Both the position numbers and the translations under genes were made by a program. Source: Patescibacteria group bacterium (lineage in GTDB: Bacteria; Patescibacteriota; Minisyncoccia; UBA6257; 2-01-FULL-56-20). From it: 64,000 nucleotides of DNA. Positions within the stretch are counted from its first letter, which is position 1. Each line of letters opens with the position of its first letter. The stretch is taken from positions 16,496-80,495 of the forward strand of contig JANLHI010000002.1 of assembly GCA_024654525.1 (NCBI GenBank), given 5' to 3'. Shown piece after piece: positions 48,095 through 57,399 of this stretch. The notes beneath the pieces were generated by a model. That model had not been told where the DNA came from. It did no database searches and was given only the letters and a program-made list of their open reading frames with translations.

Positions 48095-48664
48095 ATGCTT
48101 GCCTATACCGATCTCAAAAAAGGAGCATTGTTTGTTATGGATGGAGCGCCCTATGAGGTGCTTGATTCTCATTTTCTGCGTATGCAACAGCGAAAAGCCG
48201 TGGTACAAACAAAAATTAAAAATCTTGTTACGGGAAAAATTGTTGATCGAAATTTTCAGCCGAGTGATAGTTTCGAAGAGGCGGAAGTCGAGAAGAAGTC
48301 TGCAGTGTTTATTTATATGAATCGCGGAGAGTTTTGGTTTCATGAAGAGGGTAATCCAAAAAATCGCTTTATATTAAAAGAGGACGTCCTTGGGGAAAGC
48401 GGAAAATTTTTGAAGCCAAATACTTCAGTGGAGACGGTGCTTTTCGAGGAAAAGGTAATTGGAGTAAAACTTCCGGTAAAAGCCGATTTTAAGGTTGTCG
48501 AAGCGCCACCTGGGGTAAAGGGAAATACGGCGCAAGGCGGTACAAAAGTCGCCACGCTGGAGGGCGGCGCGAAGATTGCGGTACCACTTTTCGTAAATGA
48601 AGGGGATGTGGTGCGTGTGAACACGGAGACCGGAGAGTATGTTGAGCGCGTTGAAAAAAATTAG
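48095..48664 (+). CDS. efp: Elongation factor P
   Basis: PGVKGNTA, VPLFVNEGD, NTETGEYVER. Confidence 0.93.
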   Translation: MLAYTDLKKGALFVMDGAPYEVLDSHFLRMQQRKAVVQTKIKNLVTGKIVDRNFQPSDSFEEAEVEKKSAVFIYMNRGEFWFHEEGNPKNRFILKEDVLGESGKFLKPNTSVETVLFEEKVIGVKLPVKADFKVVEAPPGVKGNTAQGGTKVATLEGGAKIAVPLFVNEGDVVRVNTETGEYVERVEKN

Positions 48665-48751
48665 AGCGTGATTAGGGAAATCGGGACATTTTTATTTTTT
48701 TGAAAACATTCTGCAGAACGCGAGAAGGTTATCGCAGTGCGATTACATAGC

Positions 48752-50062
48752 ATGAAGCAAGGAACGGCAGTTAAGAAAAAAAGTGTATTCGTAGCAATGT
48801 CCCGCCGTCGCCAACCTGCGCTTCGCGTGCCGCCAGGATATCCTTTGGCGACGCACGGCTGGAGGTTTCGGCAAGGCGAGGGCTATGGCGGGCAAGCCGG
48901 AGGAGCTAAAGATTCAAAATCGAAGCGTGTATTTGTTGCAATGTCTGGTGGTGTTGATTCGAGTGTCGCGGCGTTGCTTCTTAAGCGGCAGGGGTATGAC
49001 GTGACCGGCGTATTTATGCGTTGTTACAACCTCGATGGATGTGCCGTACGTGATGCGGAAGACGCACGGCGTGTGGCAGGGCGTTTGCATATTCCTTTTT
49101 ATGTGTGGGATTTTGAAAAGGAATACAAAAAGCATGTAATGCATTACATGATAGACGGTTACCGTCGCGGTATTACTCCGAATCCGGATGTAATGTGCAA
49201 TAAAGAGATTAAATTCGGGTTATTTTTCGAAAGAGCTATGGCGTTGGGTGCGGATTATGTCGCAACAGGACATTACGTGAAAATTCGGAAATCAAAAATA
49301 AAAGATAAGAATGTGTATAAGCTTTACCGTGCGAAAGATAACCGCAAAGACCAATCGTATTTTCTTTGGACGCTGACTCAGAGACAGCTTGCACATTGCC
49401 TTTTCCCCATAGGGGAGTATCTCAAATCCGAAGTCAGAACGGTTGCGCGTCGTGCGGGGCTTGCAACTGCCACAAAAAAAGATTCACAGGGGATTTGTTT
49501 TCTTGGAAAATTTTCACTGAAGGATTTTCTCAAAAAACACATTCGCGCACGACGAGGGAAAATCGTGAATATATCGGGCGTAGAGATGGGAATACACGAT
49601 GGAGCGGTTTTTTATACGATAGGACAACGACACGGATTTAATCTCAATAACGTAAATCGTGAACTGGGAATTGCGAATCAAGGCGAAACAAAACCCTATT
49701 ATGTTGCGGGAAAAGATATAAAGAATAATCTGATTATTTTGGCGGAAGGGGGGAACAATCAGTCGCTTTATAAAAAAGAAGTGTCGCTTGCCGAAGTTAA
49801 TTATATTCATCCAATTTCTGATTCTCGATTTCCCATTTCCGTACGCGCGCGAGTTCGGTATCGTCAGCCACTTGCAGAAGCGCGGATTATACGCGGTAAA
49901 ACAAAAAATAAACAAAAGGGCGAGAAAATACCTTTGCCCCCCCATTTTTCTTTGCGCTTCACTCAACCTCAAAAGTGTATTGCGGAGGGACAGTCGGCAG
50001 TATGGTATTCGCCACGAGGAGAAATGCTAGGAGGTGGGATAATCGTTTCAGCAGGGAAGTAG
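48752..50062 (+). CDS. mnmA: tRNA 2-thiouridylase MnmA with N-terminal duplication and insertion
   Basis: MSGGVDSS, TPNPDVMCN, ATGHY, KDQSYFL, DSQGICF, YTIGQR. Confidence 0.95.
   Translation: MKQGTAVKKKSVFVAMSRRRQPALRVPPGYPLATHGWRFRQGEGYGGQAGGAKDSKSKRVFVAMSGGVDSSVAALLLKRQGYDVTGVFMRCYNLDGCAVRDAEDARRVAGRLHIPFYVWDFEKEYKKHVMHYMIDGYRRGITPNPDVMCNKEIKFGLFFERAMALGADYVATGHYVKIRKSKIKDKNVYKLYRAKDNRKDQSYFLWTLTQRQLAHCLFPIGEYLKSEVRTVARRAGLATATKKDSQGICFLGKFSLKDFLKKHIRARRGKIVNISGVEMGIHDGAVFYTIGQRHGFNLNNVNRELGIANQGETKPYYVAGKDIKNNLIILAEGGNNQSLYKKEVSLAEVNYIHPISDSRFPISVRARVRYRQPLAEARIIRGKTKNKQKGEKIPLPPHFSLRFTQPQKCIAEGQSAVWYSPRGEMLGGGIIVSAGK
48801..48896 (+). repeat. 96-bp nested REP-like palindrome in frame within mnmA
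   Basis: cccgccgtcgcc...ggctatggcgggcaag with an inner hairpin; splits atg t|cc gga gga. Confidence 0.8.
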
Positions 50063-50140
50063 CCCTCAAAAGATGTTTTACTTTTTGTGAATCCACACGA
50101 TTTGACGTTTCCGTATATCGGAGGCATAATAGACCCCTAT

Positions 50141-50926
50141 ATGGCAGAAGAAATAAACAATACAGGGTATCCACAACCTGCAGCGGTGGAACTCGATGAT
50201 GCAACCCGCGAAATGATAGAAGCGGGTGTCTTTTACGGAAAAAGGAAAAGTAAGACGCATCCGCGAATGAAGGCGTCGATTCTTGCAAACAGAGGAGGAG
50301 TGGAGATTTTTAATCTTACAAAGACATCGGACGAGCTTGCTCGTGCATTAAAGTTTTTGAAAGAACGGGTTGTAAAGGGAGAATTGGTTCTCTTCGTGGG
50401 TACACAACCTGCGGCACAAGATTCCATTCGAACTCTTGCGGACTCATTCCAAATGCCTTTTGTGGTAAATCGATGGGTTGGTGGAGCGCTCACCAACTTT
50501 AAAGTGGTATCCAAGCGTGTGGAATATATGAAGAAGATAAGAGCCGGACTTTCCTCTCATGCATTCGACAAATATACGAAGAAAGAAAGACTTGGTATTG
50601 AGCGCGAGCTTGAACGCTTGAACGAATTGATGGGGGGATTCGAAAACATGCCCCACGTTCCTGCGGTTCTTATGGCAATCGATCCGTTGGTGCATATGAC
50701 CGCGATTCGCGAAGCTCGTACGTTAAATATTCCCATCATTGCGTTTGCGGATACGGATGCCGATCCAAATCTTCTTACATATGCAGTGCCGGGAAATACA
50801 AAATCAAAAAAGAGTATTGATTGGTTTTTGAGTAAAGTGAAAGACGCTTTCGAAGAAGGCCGTCGTGAGGTACAATCAGTACCAAAGGTGGAATCTTCGG
50901 ATTTGGAACCCGCGAGCGAAGAATAA
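50141..50926 (+). CDS. rpsB: 30S ribosomal protein S2
   Basis: MIEAGVFYG, HPRMK, LFVGT, RWVGGALTNF, DTDADP. Confidence 0.95.
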   Translation: MAEEINNTGYPQPAAVELDDATREMIEAGVFYGKRKSKTHPRMKASILANRGGVEIFNLTKTSDELARALKFLKERVVKGELVLFVGTQPAAQDSIRTLADSFQMPFVVNRWVGGALTNFKVVSKRVEYMKKIRAGLSSHAFDKYTKKERLGIERELERLNELMGGFENMPHVPAVLMAIDPLVHMTAIREARTLNIPIIAFADTDADPNLLTYAVPGNTKSKKSIDWFLSKVKDAFEEGRREVQSVPKVESSDLEPASEE

Positions 50927-50990
50927 CGCGACGCTTCTTGGTTTGTATAATAAGTGTTCCGAACTTGTTATAATTAATAATATTATTTAT

Positions 50991-51437
50991 ATGAGCTCTG
51001 TTGATGCGGTTCAAAAATTAAGAGAAGCAACGGGTGCAGGTGTGATGGAGTGCCATCGTGCGATTAAAGATGCGAACGGTGATTTTGATAAAGCGGTTGC
51101 GATTATCGGTGAAAGGGGACTCTCTAAAGTGGAAAAACGTTCGGGAAGAGAAACGGGTGCGGGATTGGTGCATTCATATGTGCATAATGAGCGTATTGGC
51201 GTATTACTCGACATTCGCGCGGAGACCGATTTTGTGGTGCGTTCCGAGCCGTTCCGTGCGCTTGCACACGATCTTGCCATGCAACTTGCCGCAGTGGGGG
51301 CGAAAGATGTTGACGAGTTTTTGGGACAGCCATACATCAAAGACGAGAAGAAGACGATAAAAGAGGTGATAGGAGAGGTAATCGCAAAAGTAGGGGAGAA
51401 TGTTCAAATAAAGCAGTTTTATCGTATCGAGGTTTAA
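50991..51437 (+). CDS. tsf: Elongation factor Ts (short form, 148 aa)
   Basis: LREATGAGVMEC, AETDFV, GENVQI. Confidence 0.93.
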   Translation: MSSVDAVQKLREATGAGVMECHRAIKDANGDFDKAVAIIGERGLSKVEKRSGRETGAGLVHSYVHNERIGVLLDIRAETDFVVRSEPFRALAHDLAMQLAAVGAKDVDEFLGQPYIKDEKKTIKEVIGEVIAKVGENVQIKQFYRIEV

Positions 51438-51443
51438 CGCGCC

Positions 51444-51845
51444 ATGTTCGAATTTATTTTGGGAAATATAGCAATGGTTTCGGCGGGAGTGGTGTTATAC
51501 CTTTTTGCGCATTCATTGCCCCGTATTGGCGAGCCGGAAGCCCAATCCAAAGATATTTTCGAACGATGGGCAACTTCCGAGTTCCCCGAAAAGCTTGATG
51601 GCGCATTTAACGGATTTGCGGGAAAGTTTTTAAGAAAACTCCGTGTAGTGATTTTAAGGTTTGATAATATTATCTCCGAATCGCTCAGGCGGTTCAAACA
51701 GAATAATGGGAATGGAAAATCGCTCGGTGTGTTCGAAAAATTCAACACCGAAATCGAACAGAAAAGAAATGTTGACTTTAAAGAGACGATAGAGGATAAA
51801 GAAGGGGGTAGTGACGGTAAAAGCAAAAAAAAGAAGCACCTATGA
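51444..51845 (+). CDS. Hypothetical membrane-anchored protein
   Basis: N-terminal TM helix then LPRI motif; follows tsf. Confidence 0.7.
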   Translation: MFEFILGNIAMVSAGVVLYLFAHSLPRIGEPEAQSKDIFERWATSEFPEKLDGAFNGFAGKFLRKLRVVILRFDNIISESLRRFKQNNGNGKSLGVFEKFNTEIEQKRNVDFKETIEDKEGGSDGKSKKKKHL

Positions 51846-51919
51846 ACATATTTACGTATACAACCCCGCTCCGCTGATCGGCGGTAAGCGGGACTTCATA
51901 GAGGTTGCTCTTTATTGAA

Positions 51920-52006
51920 GCTGGGATGGCGGAGCGGTCAATCGCACCTGACTGTAAATCAGGCGCCTCTACGGCTACGCAGGTTCGAATCCTGCTCCCA
52001 GCACCA
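51920..52006 (+). tRNA. tRNA-Tyr(GTA)
   Basis: Acceptor gctggga/tcccagc, anticodon arm cctga-ctGTAaa-tcagg, long variable arm, CCA. Confidence 0.96.
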
Positions 52007-52009
52007 CGT

Positions 52010-52657
52010 ATGAAAATAAAAGCCGTTGTTTTAGATTTTGATGGAACAATTACCACCGCAGATATTCTGAATATGCTGTGTGATTTAGTTGGTAAAAAAG
52101 AGGAAAGTGAAAAACTAGATACGTTATTTCGAGAAGGTAAAGTAAAAGGTTTGGAAACCCTAGTGCAACGCATTAATTTTTTGAAAGGATTATCTCTTGA
52201 ACAAATCCGTGCAGTGGTTTCAAAAAACGATTACTTGCAAAAAGGGGCTTTAGAATTCTTCACTTTTTTGAGAGAAAATAATATTGTTTCGATTATTGCT
52301 TCGGGTAATATTATGCCTTTGTTGGAAATATATAAAGAAAAACTGGGTGCTGATTATTTAGTTGGCAGTAAACCAATCATTGAAAATGGCGGTATCGTAT
52401 CAATTTCGGAAAAAGAATATTCGGGAGATGGTTTTAAAGTAAGAGATATAAAGTCAATACTGGAGGAATTGGATATTTCTCCTGAGTATGTAGTTGCGAT
52501 AGGAGATTCCCCCGCTGACAGGGGTATGTTTGAATTATCTGCAAAAAGTATTGCTATAAATCCCAAAGGAAACATCGCTCAATGTGCTGATTACGTTATA
52601 GAAAATGATCTTTCAAAAGCCATACCAATATTGAAAGATTTGATGAATTTTTTATGA
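52010..52657 (+). CDS. HAD-IB phosphatase (phosphoserine phosphatase-like)
   Basis: LDFDGT, IASG, AIGDSPAD; real ATG 3 nt after the tRNA. Confidence 0.85.
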   Translation: MKIKAVVLDFDGTITTADILNMLCDLVGKKEESEKLDTLFREGKVKGLETLVQRINFLKGLSLEQIRAVVSKNDYLQKGALEFFTFLRENNIVSIIASGNIMPLLEIYKEKLGADYLVGSKPIIENGGIVSISEKEYSGDGFKVRDIKSILEELDISPEYVVAIGDSPADRGMFELSAKSIAINPKGNIAQCADYVIENDLSKAIPILKDLMNFL

Positions 52658-53298
52658 TCAAAGCTATTATTTTTGACTTAGATGGATTGCTGATTGATTC
52701 CCAGCATTTGCAATATCAATCAGCCAGTAAGGCTTTTTTAGAGAAAGGAAATATCCTCACAAAAGAAGATTGGCATCATTTTATTCATGGGGATATGGAT
52801 TATAAAAAATGGATAGAATTAAACCACATATTAACAACAGCAGAAGAAGTTCGTGCGAGAAAAAAGGAAATTTATGACCGATTAATTAAAACCGAACTCC
52901 AATTGAAAGCGGGAGCCGATAATTTAGTTCATTTATTGCATGGTAAATTCAAGCTCGCTGTTGCTTCACATTCTAGAATAGAATCCATAGAACCTTGTAT
53001 TAATAAATTTGATTTAAGGTATAAATTTGAACATGTAATTTCAGATCAAGCGGTGGGTAAAAGAAAGCCTCATCCAGAGGTTTTTTTACATGTTGCAAGG
53101 ATAATGAACATAGAACCTGAAGCGTGTCTTGTATTTGAAGATTCTTTAATGGGTGTGAAGGCGGCGAAATCGGCAGGAATGAAATGTATAGTTTGCCCCG
53201 ATAGTTTTAGCAATCTTGACCACAAATTGTTTGCGGGAGCTGACAAAATAGTTTCGTCGCTAAATGATGTTGATTTGGAAATGATTAACGAATTTTAA
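52654..53298 (+). CDS. HAD-IA hydrolase (beta-phosphoglucomutase-like)
   Basis: FDLDGLLIDS, KPHPEVF, VFEDS..GV.AA..AGM. Confidence 0.9.
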   Translation: MIKAIIFDLDGLLIDSQHLQYQSASKAFLEKGNILTKEDWHHFIHGDMDYKKWIELNHILTTAEEVRARKKEIYDRLIKTELQLKAGADNLVHLLHGKFKLAVASHSRIESIEPCINKFDLRYKFEHVISDQAVGKRKPHPEVFLHVARIMNIEPEACLVFEDSLMGVKAAKSAGMKCIVCPDSFSNLDHKLFAGADKIVSSLNDVDLEMINEF

Positions 53299-53670
53299 CT
53301 GATATACTCGCAAAGCCTCGCTTTTTCCCGCAGACAAATTCCTTTGGGCATTAAACCATTTGTTTCATTTTTGCCCCGCCCGCCAAGGCAAATGGCGGGC
53401 AGGTCGGACGCCATGCAAACTAAGAAGTTTGCGTGGCGTTCCTCGCGAGCCGAAATAATAAAGCCCAGGCAATAGTGTCTGGGCTTCCTCTTTAATTCGT
53501 TGAAAGTTTTTTATGTGGGGACTCACAACCCCTTGAAAAGAACAAAACGAAAAGAATGGATTGGTGGAGGAGAGTTGCTATGCTCTCCTCCACCCGACCG
53601 AACCTCACAAGAAGTTTAGTCGTCTCCATTGCCTTTCGGCGTGCCGGATTTACGCAAACCCGACGAAAAC

Positions 53671-54327
53671 TTAGGCGAGTGCCGTAATGGTAGCTCGCGT
53701 TCGGACTGTGTCCGGGTTGAGCGGTTCGCCGTCTCTTGCCAAAGCGTAAATGGCGAATGCCGCCGTGTGCTCGGATGTGCTTTCATGCGTGTGTTTGCCA
53801 GAACGGATGCGTTTGGCAAGCACACGCAACACCCAGTCCATCACATCGTAAGTGTGAAACTCCGACGTGAAATTGTCGGCGTTCCATGTACTGATACTCT
53901 CGTAGCCGTTCCCTTCGATGGTTTTACCATTGAGTGTCCACCCAAACCGGGTGGAACTTCTTTCTGGGATAATCACGGCGGTTCTGCCTCCGTTCCATTT
54001 CAGATTTGGGATTGGGTCATTTAGCACCTCCCGTGCCTCCGCGGGGGACATATCCCGTTGTAAGCCGTCTGTCTCACAGACGGTAGGGATTGCTCCCATT
54101 TCCCGAAACCCGATGGTTCCCGGTATTGGCAGATACCGGTCAAACTTTCCGTCCAACCACTTCTGCGCCTTCTCCTCGGCGTCTTTGGCGAAACGCTCTC
54201 CCTGCCCACAGGCGAGACCAGGATAAAGCCTGTAGTTTTCTGCCTCCTTGAGGCATGCTTCAGCTCTTTCTTGTCGGAATTCTTCTTTATTCATAGCAAT
54301 GGAGTCTGCGCTGTTGCGGTAGCGCAT
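53671..54327 (-). CDS. Hypothetical protein
   Basis: 218-aa ORF with an upstream TTGACA/TAATAT promoter (~54535-54560) and a downstream hairpin; start uncertain. Confidence 0.55.
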   Translation of the reverse strand: MRYRNSADSIAMNKEEFRQERAEACLKEAENYRLYPGLACGQGERFAKDAEEKAQKWLDGKFDRYLPIPGTIGFREMGAIPTVCETDGLQRDMSPAEAREVLNDPIPNLKWNGGRTAVIIPERSSTRFGWTLNGKTIEGNGYESISTWNADNFTSEFHTYDVMDWVLRVLAKRIRSGKHTHESTSEHTAAFAIYALARDGEPLNPDTVRTRATITALA

Positions 54328-54662
54328 TCCGTCTTCGGTTTTTTGAAAAAGACCAAAGATTAAACTTTACTACGCTCGCACGAGAATAGCTCATTGAAGA
54401 ATTCTCAATCTGCCAAGGTTTAACCTTTTTTCAGATTCAAGGTTAAACCTTTGAATTCCCCAAGGAGCTACCCTCATACTTTCAACAGCTCCATTCGTGA
54501 TGTAAAAGAACTACATAAAAATCCTGCTAGTATATTAGCATATTATACGATATTTGTCAATGTTTCGTAATGGTTTAATAGCTCGGAATACTCCACGCTA
54601 TGTACATGGCATAATCGGCACGATAGGAATCTTTGCCGTCTTGAAAGATATCTATATTTTCC

Positions 54663-54893
54663 TTACTTTTTTGATGTACAGAAGCGGCGTATATTTTCGC
54701 TTACATAGGAATCGCTCGTACAGTATTTCGCGCGGAGTTCGCGGTTTATTTCGTCGGCTTGAGCTTGTTTGATTGCGGCGGCCTGCTGAATAGGAACAAC
54801 AAAAACGTAGTACCACGCGACAAATAAGGCAAGCATAAAAAGTATAATCACCAGCGCAACCCCCACCACCTTTCTTATTGAAATAGGTTCCAT
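54663..54893 (-). CDS. Small membrane protein
   Basis: MEPISIRKVVGVALVIILFMLALFVAWYYVFVVP...; TGcTATAGT upstream. Confidence 0.6.
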   Translation of the reverse strand: MEPISIRKVVGVALVIILFMLALFVAWYYVFVVPIQQAAAIKQAQADEINRELRAKYCTSDSYVSENIRRFCTSKK

Positions 54894-54945
54894 TTCCTTT
54901 CTTGTAACTATAGCAAACTTTCCCCGCGAAGGGTAAAATATGCAC

Positions 54946-55443
54946 ATGGAGGAATATGCAAGCGAGGCAGTGGTACTCCGTCGAGAACCACAGGGAGAGG
55001 CCGACAGTCGCATTTCTTTTTTTACAAAGAAATACGGAAAACTTGTCGCAAAAGCACGAAGTGCCAGAAAAATTACCTCAAAGCTTTCAGCGCATCTTGA
55101 ACCGGGAATGGTATCCGAAATACGCCTTGTCGAAAAAAACGGCATGCTCATTGTGGATGCATTAAAGCGCAAAAAACTTTCGCTTGCTCCCGCAACATTG
55201 TATTTTCTCGATCGCATACTTGCAGAGGCGGATCCCGATATGGATTTGTGGCAGATGCTTCAAAGCGATAGTTTTTCATGGCACAGTGTTCTGGGGCTTC
55301 TTGGATGGGATCCTAAGAGTGCGGTATGCGGTTCGTGCGCGGCGCTTCCTTCTTCATTTCACATAGGAAGACAGGATTTTCTTTGTGTGTCGTGTTCGCG
55401 ATATGAACCACAGAAAAATTTAATTGTATTAAACAAGGTATAA
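54946..55443 (+). CDS. recO: DNA repair protein RecO (short form)
   Basis: EAVVLRR...GEAD...FTKKYGKL...ARKITSKLSAHLEP; C4 zinc finger. Confidence 0.88.
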   Translation: MEEYASEAVVLRREPQGEADSRISFFTKKYGKLVAKARSARKITSKLSAHLEPGMVSEIRLVEKNGMLIVDALKRKKLSLAPATLYFLDRILAEADPDMDLWQMLQSDSFSWHSVLGLLGWDPKSAVCGSCAALPSSFHIGRQDFLCVSCSRYEPQKNLIVLNKV

Positions 55444-55453
55444 TAATCTTATT

Positions 55454-57244
55454 ATGACGACTACAACTCCGTGGGAGGAGGATAGCAATACTCTTGCAGT
55501 TTCGGAACCACCTCGCCACTCAAAAGTCTTAAAGGTGGTCGTTGTCACGATTTTTCTTATGATTGCGGGAGGAGGAATATATGCATATTTTCTTTCGCAA
55601 CGTCCGACGGGTGTCAATGTGTCCGTCGAATTTGTGACGCCACCACAAACGCTTTTAGGGGAATCCTTTCCCTTGATACTTTCCGCAGCAAATCACTCGG
55701 ATAGCGTATTGCATGATGCAAAGCTTTCGATATTACTCCCCGAGGACGTTTATTTTGTGGGAGAATACAGCGGAGAACGTATTCATGACGAGGTATTGGG
55801 TACAATCGGCCCGGGGAGCGTAACACAACGTGTAGTGAATATAGTGATATTGGGGCAAGCCCAATCAATACGACTCATTGAGGGGAAACTTGCATATAAA
55901 ACATCTGATGACGGAAGAGTGCAGTTTGAACAGGGAGCGCGGGCAAATGTGCAAGTGAGCGATCCTGCGTTGCAACTTTCATTTGAAACTCCAAAACAAG
56001 TGGTAAACGGGGAAACATTTACTACCAAAATCCATTACAAGAACGAAAGTAAGCAGGAGTTCAATAACGTAAAGCTCGTGTTTCGTTCACCTTCCATCTT
56101 TTCTTTCCAGCGTGCTACGCTTGAAGTTTCTGCACGTACGAATGACGTTTGGAATCTCGGCACCTTAAAGGGCGGGAGTGAAGGGGATTTGGAAATTGAC
56201 GGGAAAATAGTAAGTCTGGAAGGTTCATTTTTCACACTATCCGCGGAAATGAGCGCTGATTTTCTCGGCAAGTCGCGCGAACTCGCGGTGCAAACGGTAT
56301 CACTGGGCATTGCCACTTCACCGCTTTCAATATCAATAGTGGCGAATGATGCTTCGGATTATATTGCGAAGATAGGAAGTAGTTTTTCCTACAGGATGAC
56401 TGTCCGTAACAATTCGGATATCGTATTCCGAGGATTGAAAATAAGTGCGCATCTCATCGGAAATCTTTTCAATTACGGTTCGGTGCGTTCAACGGGGTCA
56501 TTCAACTCTCTTGCAAATACGTTAACGTGGATTACCGCGAATCAGGGAGACCTGGAAAATATTGCTCCGGGAGAAACTCGTGCGGTCAATTTCACTATAT
56601 TACTCAAAGACTCGTTTCCGATAAAAAGCGCGACCGATAAAAATTATGAAGTGAGAGTCGAAGCGCATGTTGAGTCTCCGACGGTACCTCCCGATACTGC
56701 AGCCGACAAAACGATTGCAGTAACCGATGTCACTACAAAAGTTGCGGGGGCGGTAGTGCTTCGCGCTTTGGCGCTTTGGCGCGATGCCGCATGGGGAATT
56801 CTCAATGATGGGCCATATCCTCCTCGTGTAAATCAACCTACTCAATACAGTATTCATTGGAGAATCGCCAATTACGCAACCGATATAGGAGCGGTGCATG
56901 TGGAGGCATTTCTTCAGTCAGGTGCTCGGTTTGTGGGGAATGCAAAAAGCAATGTTGCGACGGTACCGCAGTACGATGTATCAACGGGACTTGTGACATG
57001 GGACATTCCTTCAATTGCCGCAACAAAGGGAGTTGCAAGCGTTCCGGTTGAGGGAGTGTTTCAAATAGAGGCAACTCCGGCAACTACTCATATCGGGCAA
57101 AGCATGGTGCTTATGAAGGATTCTTCGTTAAAGGCAAAAGACTTGTTTACGGGCATTGAGCTTCAAAGCGATGCGGGAGCGGTAGACAGCAATATTCCGG
57201 AAGATGCGACTGTTACCGTAGTTGAGAGAAGAGTGGTGCCGTAA
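55454..57244 (+). CDS. Membrane-anchored beta-rich (Ig-like repeats) hypothetical protein
   Basis: N-terminal TM helix; repeated WxLGxL / LTW beta-sandwich motifs; GPYPPRV. Confidence 0.7.
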   Translation: MTTTTPWEEDSNTLAVSEPPRHSKVLKVVVVTIFLMIAGGGIYAYFLSQRPTGVNVSVEFVTPPQTLLGESFPLILSAANHSDSVLHDAKLSILLPEDVYFVGEYSGERIHDEVLGTIGPGSVTQRVVNIVILGQAQSIRLIEGKLAYKTSDDGRVQFEQGARANVQVSDPALQLSFETPKQVVNGETFTTKIHYKNESKQEFNNVKLVFRSPSIFSFQRATLEVSARTNDVWNLGTLKGGSEGDLEIDGKIVSLEGSFFTLSAEMSADFLGKSRELAVQTVSLGIATSPLSISIVANDASDYIAKIGSSFSYRMTVRNNSDIVFRGLKISAHLIGNLFNYGSVRSTGSFNSLANTLTWITANQGDLENIAPGETRAVNFTILLKDSFPIKSATDKNYEVRVEAHVESPTVPPDTAADKTIAVTDVTTKVAGAVVLRALALWRDAAWGILNDGPYPPRVNQPTQYSIHWRIANYATDIGAVHVEAFLQSGARFVGNAKSNVATVPQYDVSTGLVTWDIPSIAATKGVASVPVEGVFQIEATPATTHIGQSMVLMKDSSLKAKDLFTGIELQSDAGAVDSNIPEDATVTVVERRVVP

Positions 57245-57399
57245 CGTGCCATAAAATCGTGGCGAGGGACACCTTTTATGATTGGTAATGGGAGGTGCAA
57301 GGGGCGTGGGTTGAGAATGTGACATGGAGCATGTAGTATGTAACCCATACGGGGGATAGCGTGTCTTTTGTCGTTTTCCCCATTTTTACCTTTTTCTCT

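Noticed and set aside
51905..52009. N-terminal extension of the HAD ORF
   Set aside because: It is the tRNA-Tyr sequence; the real start is 52010
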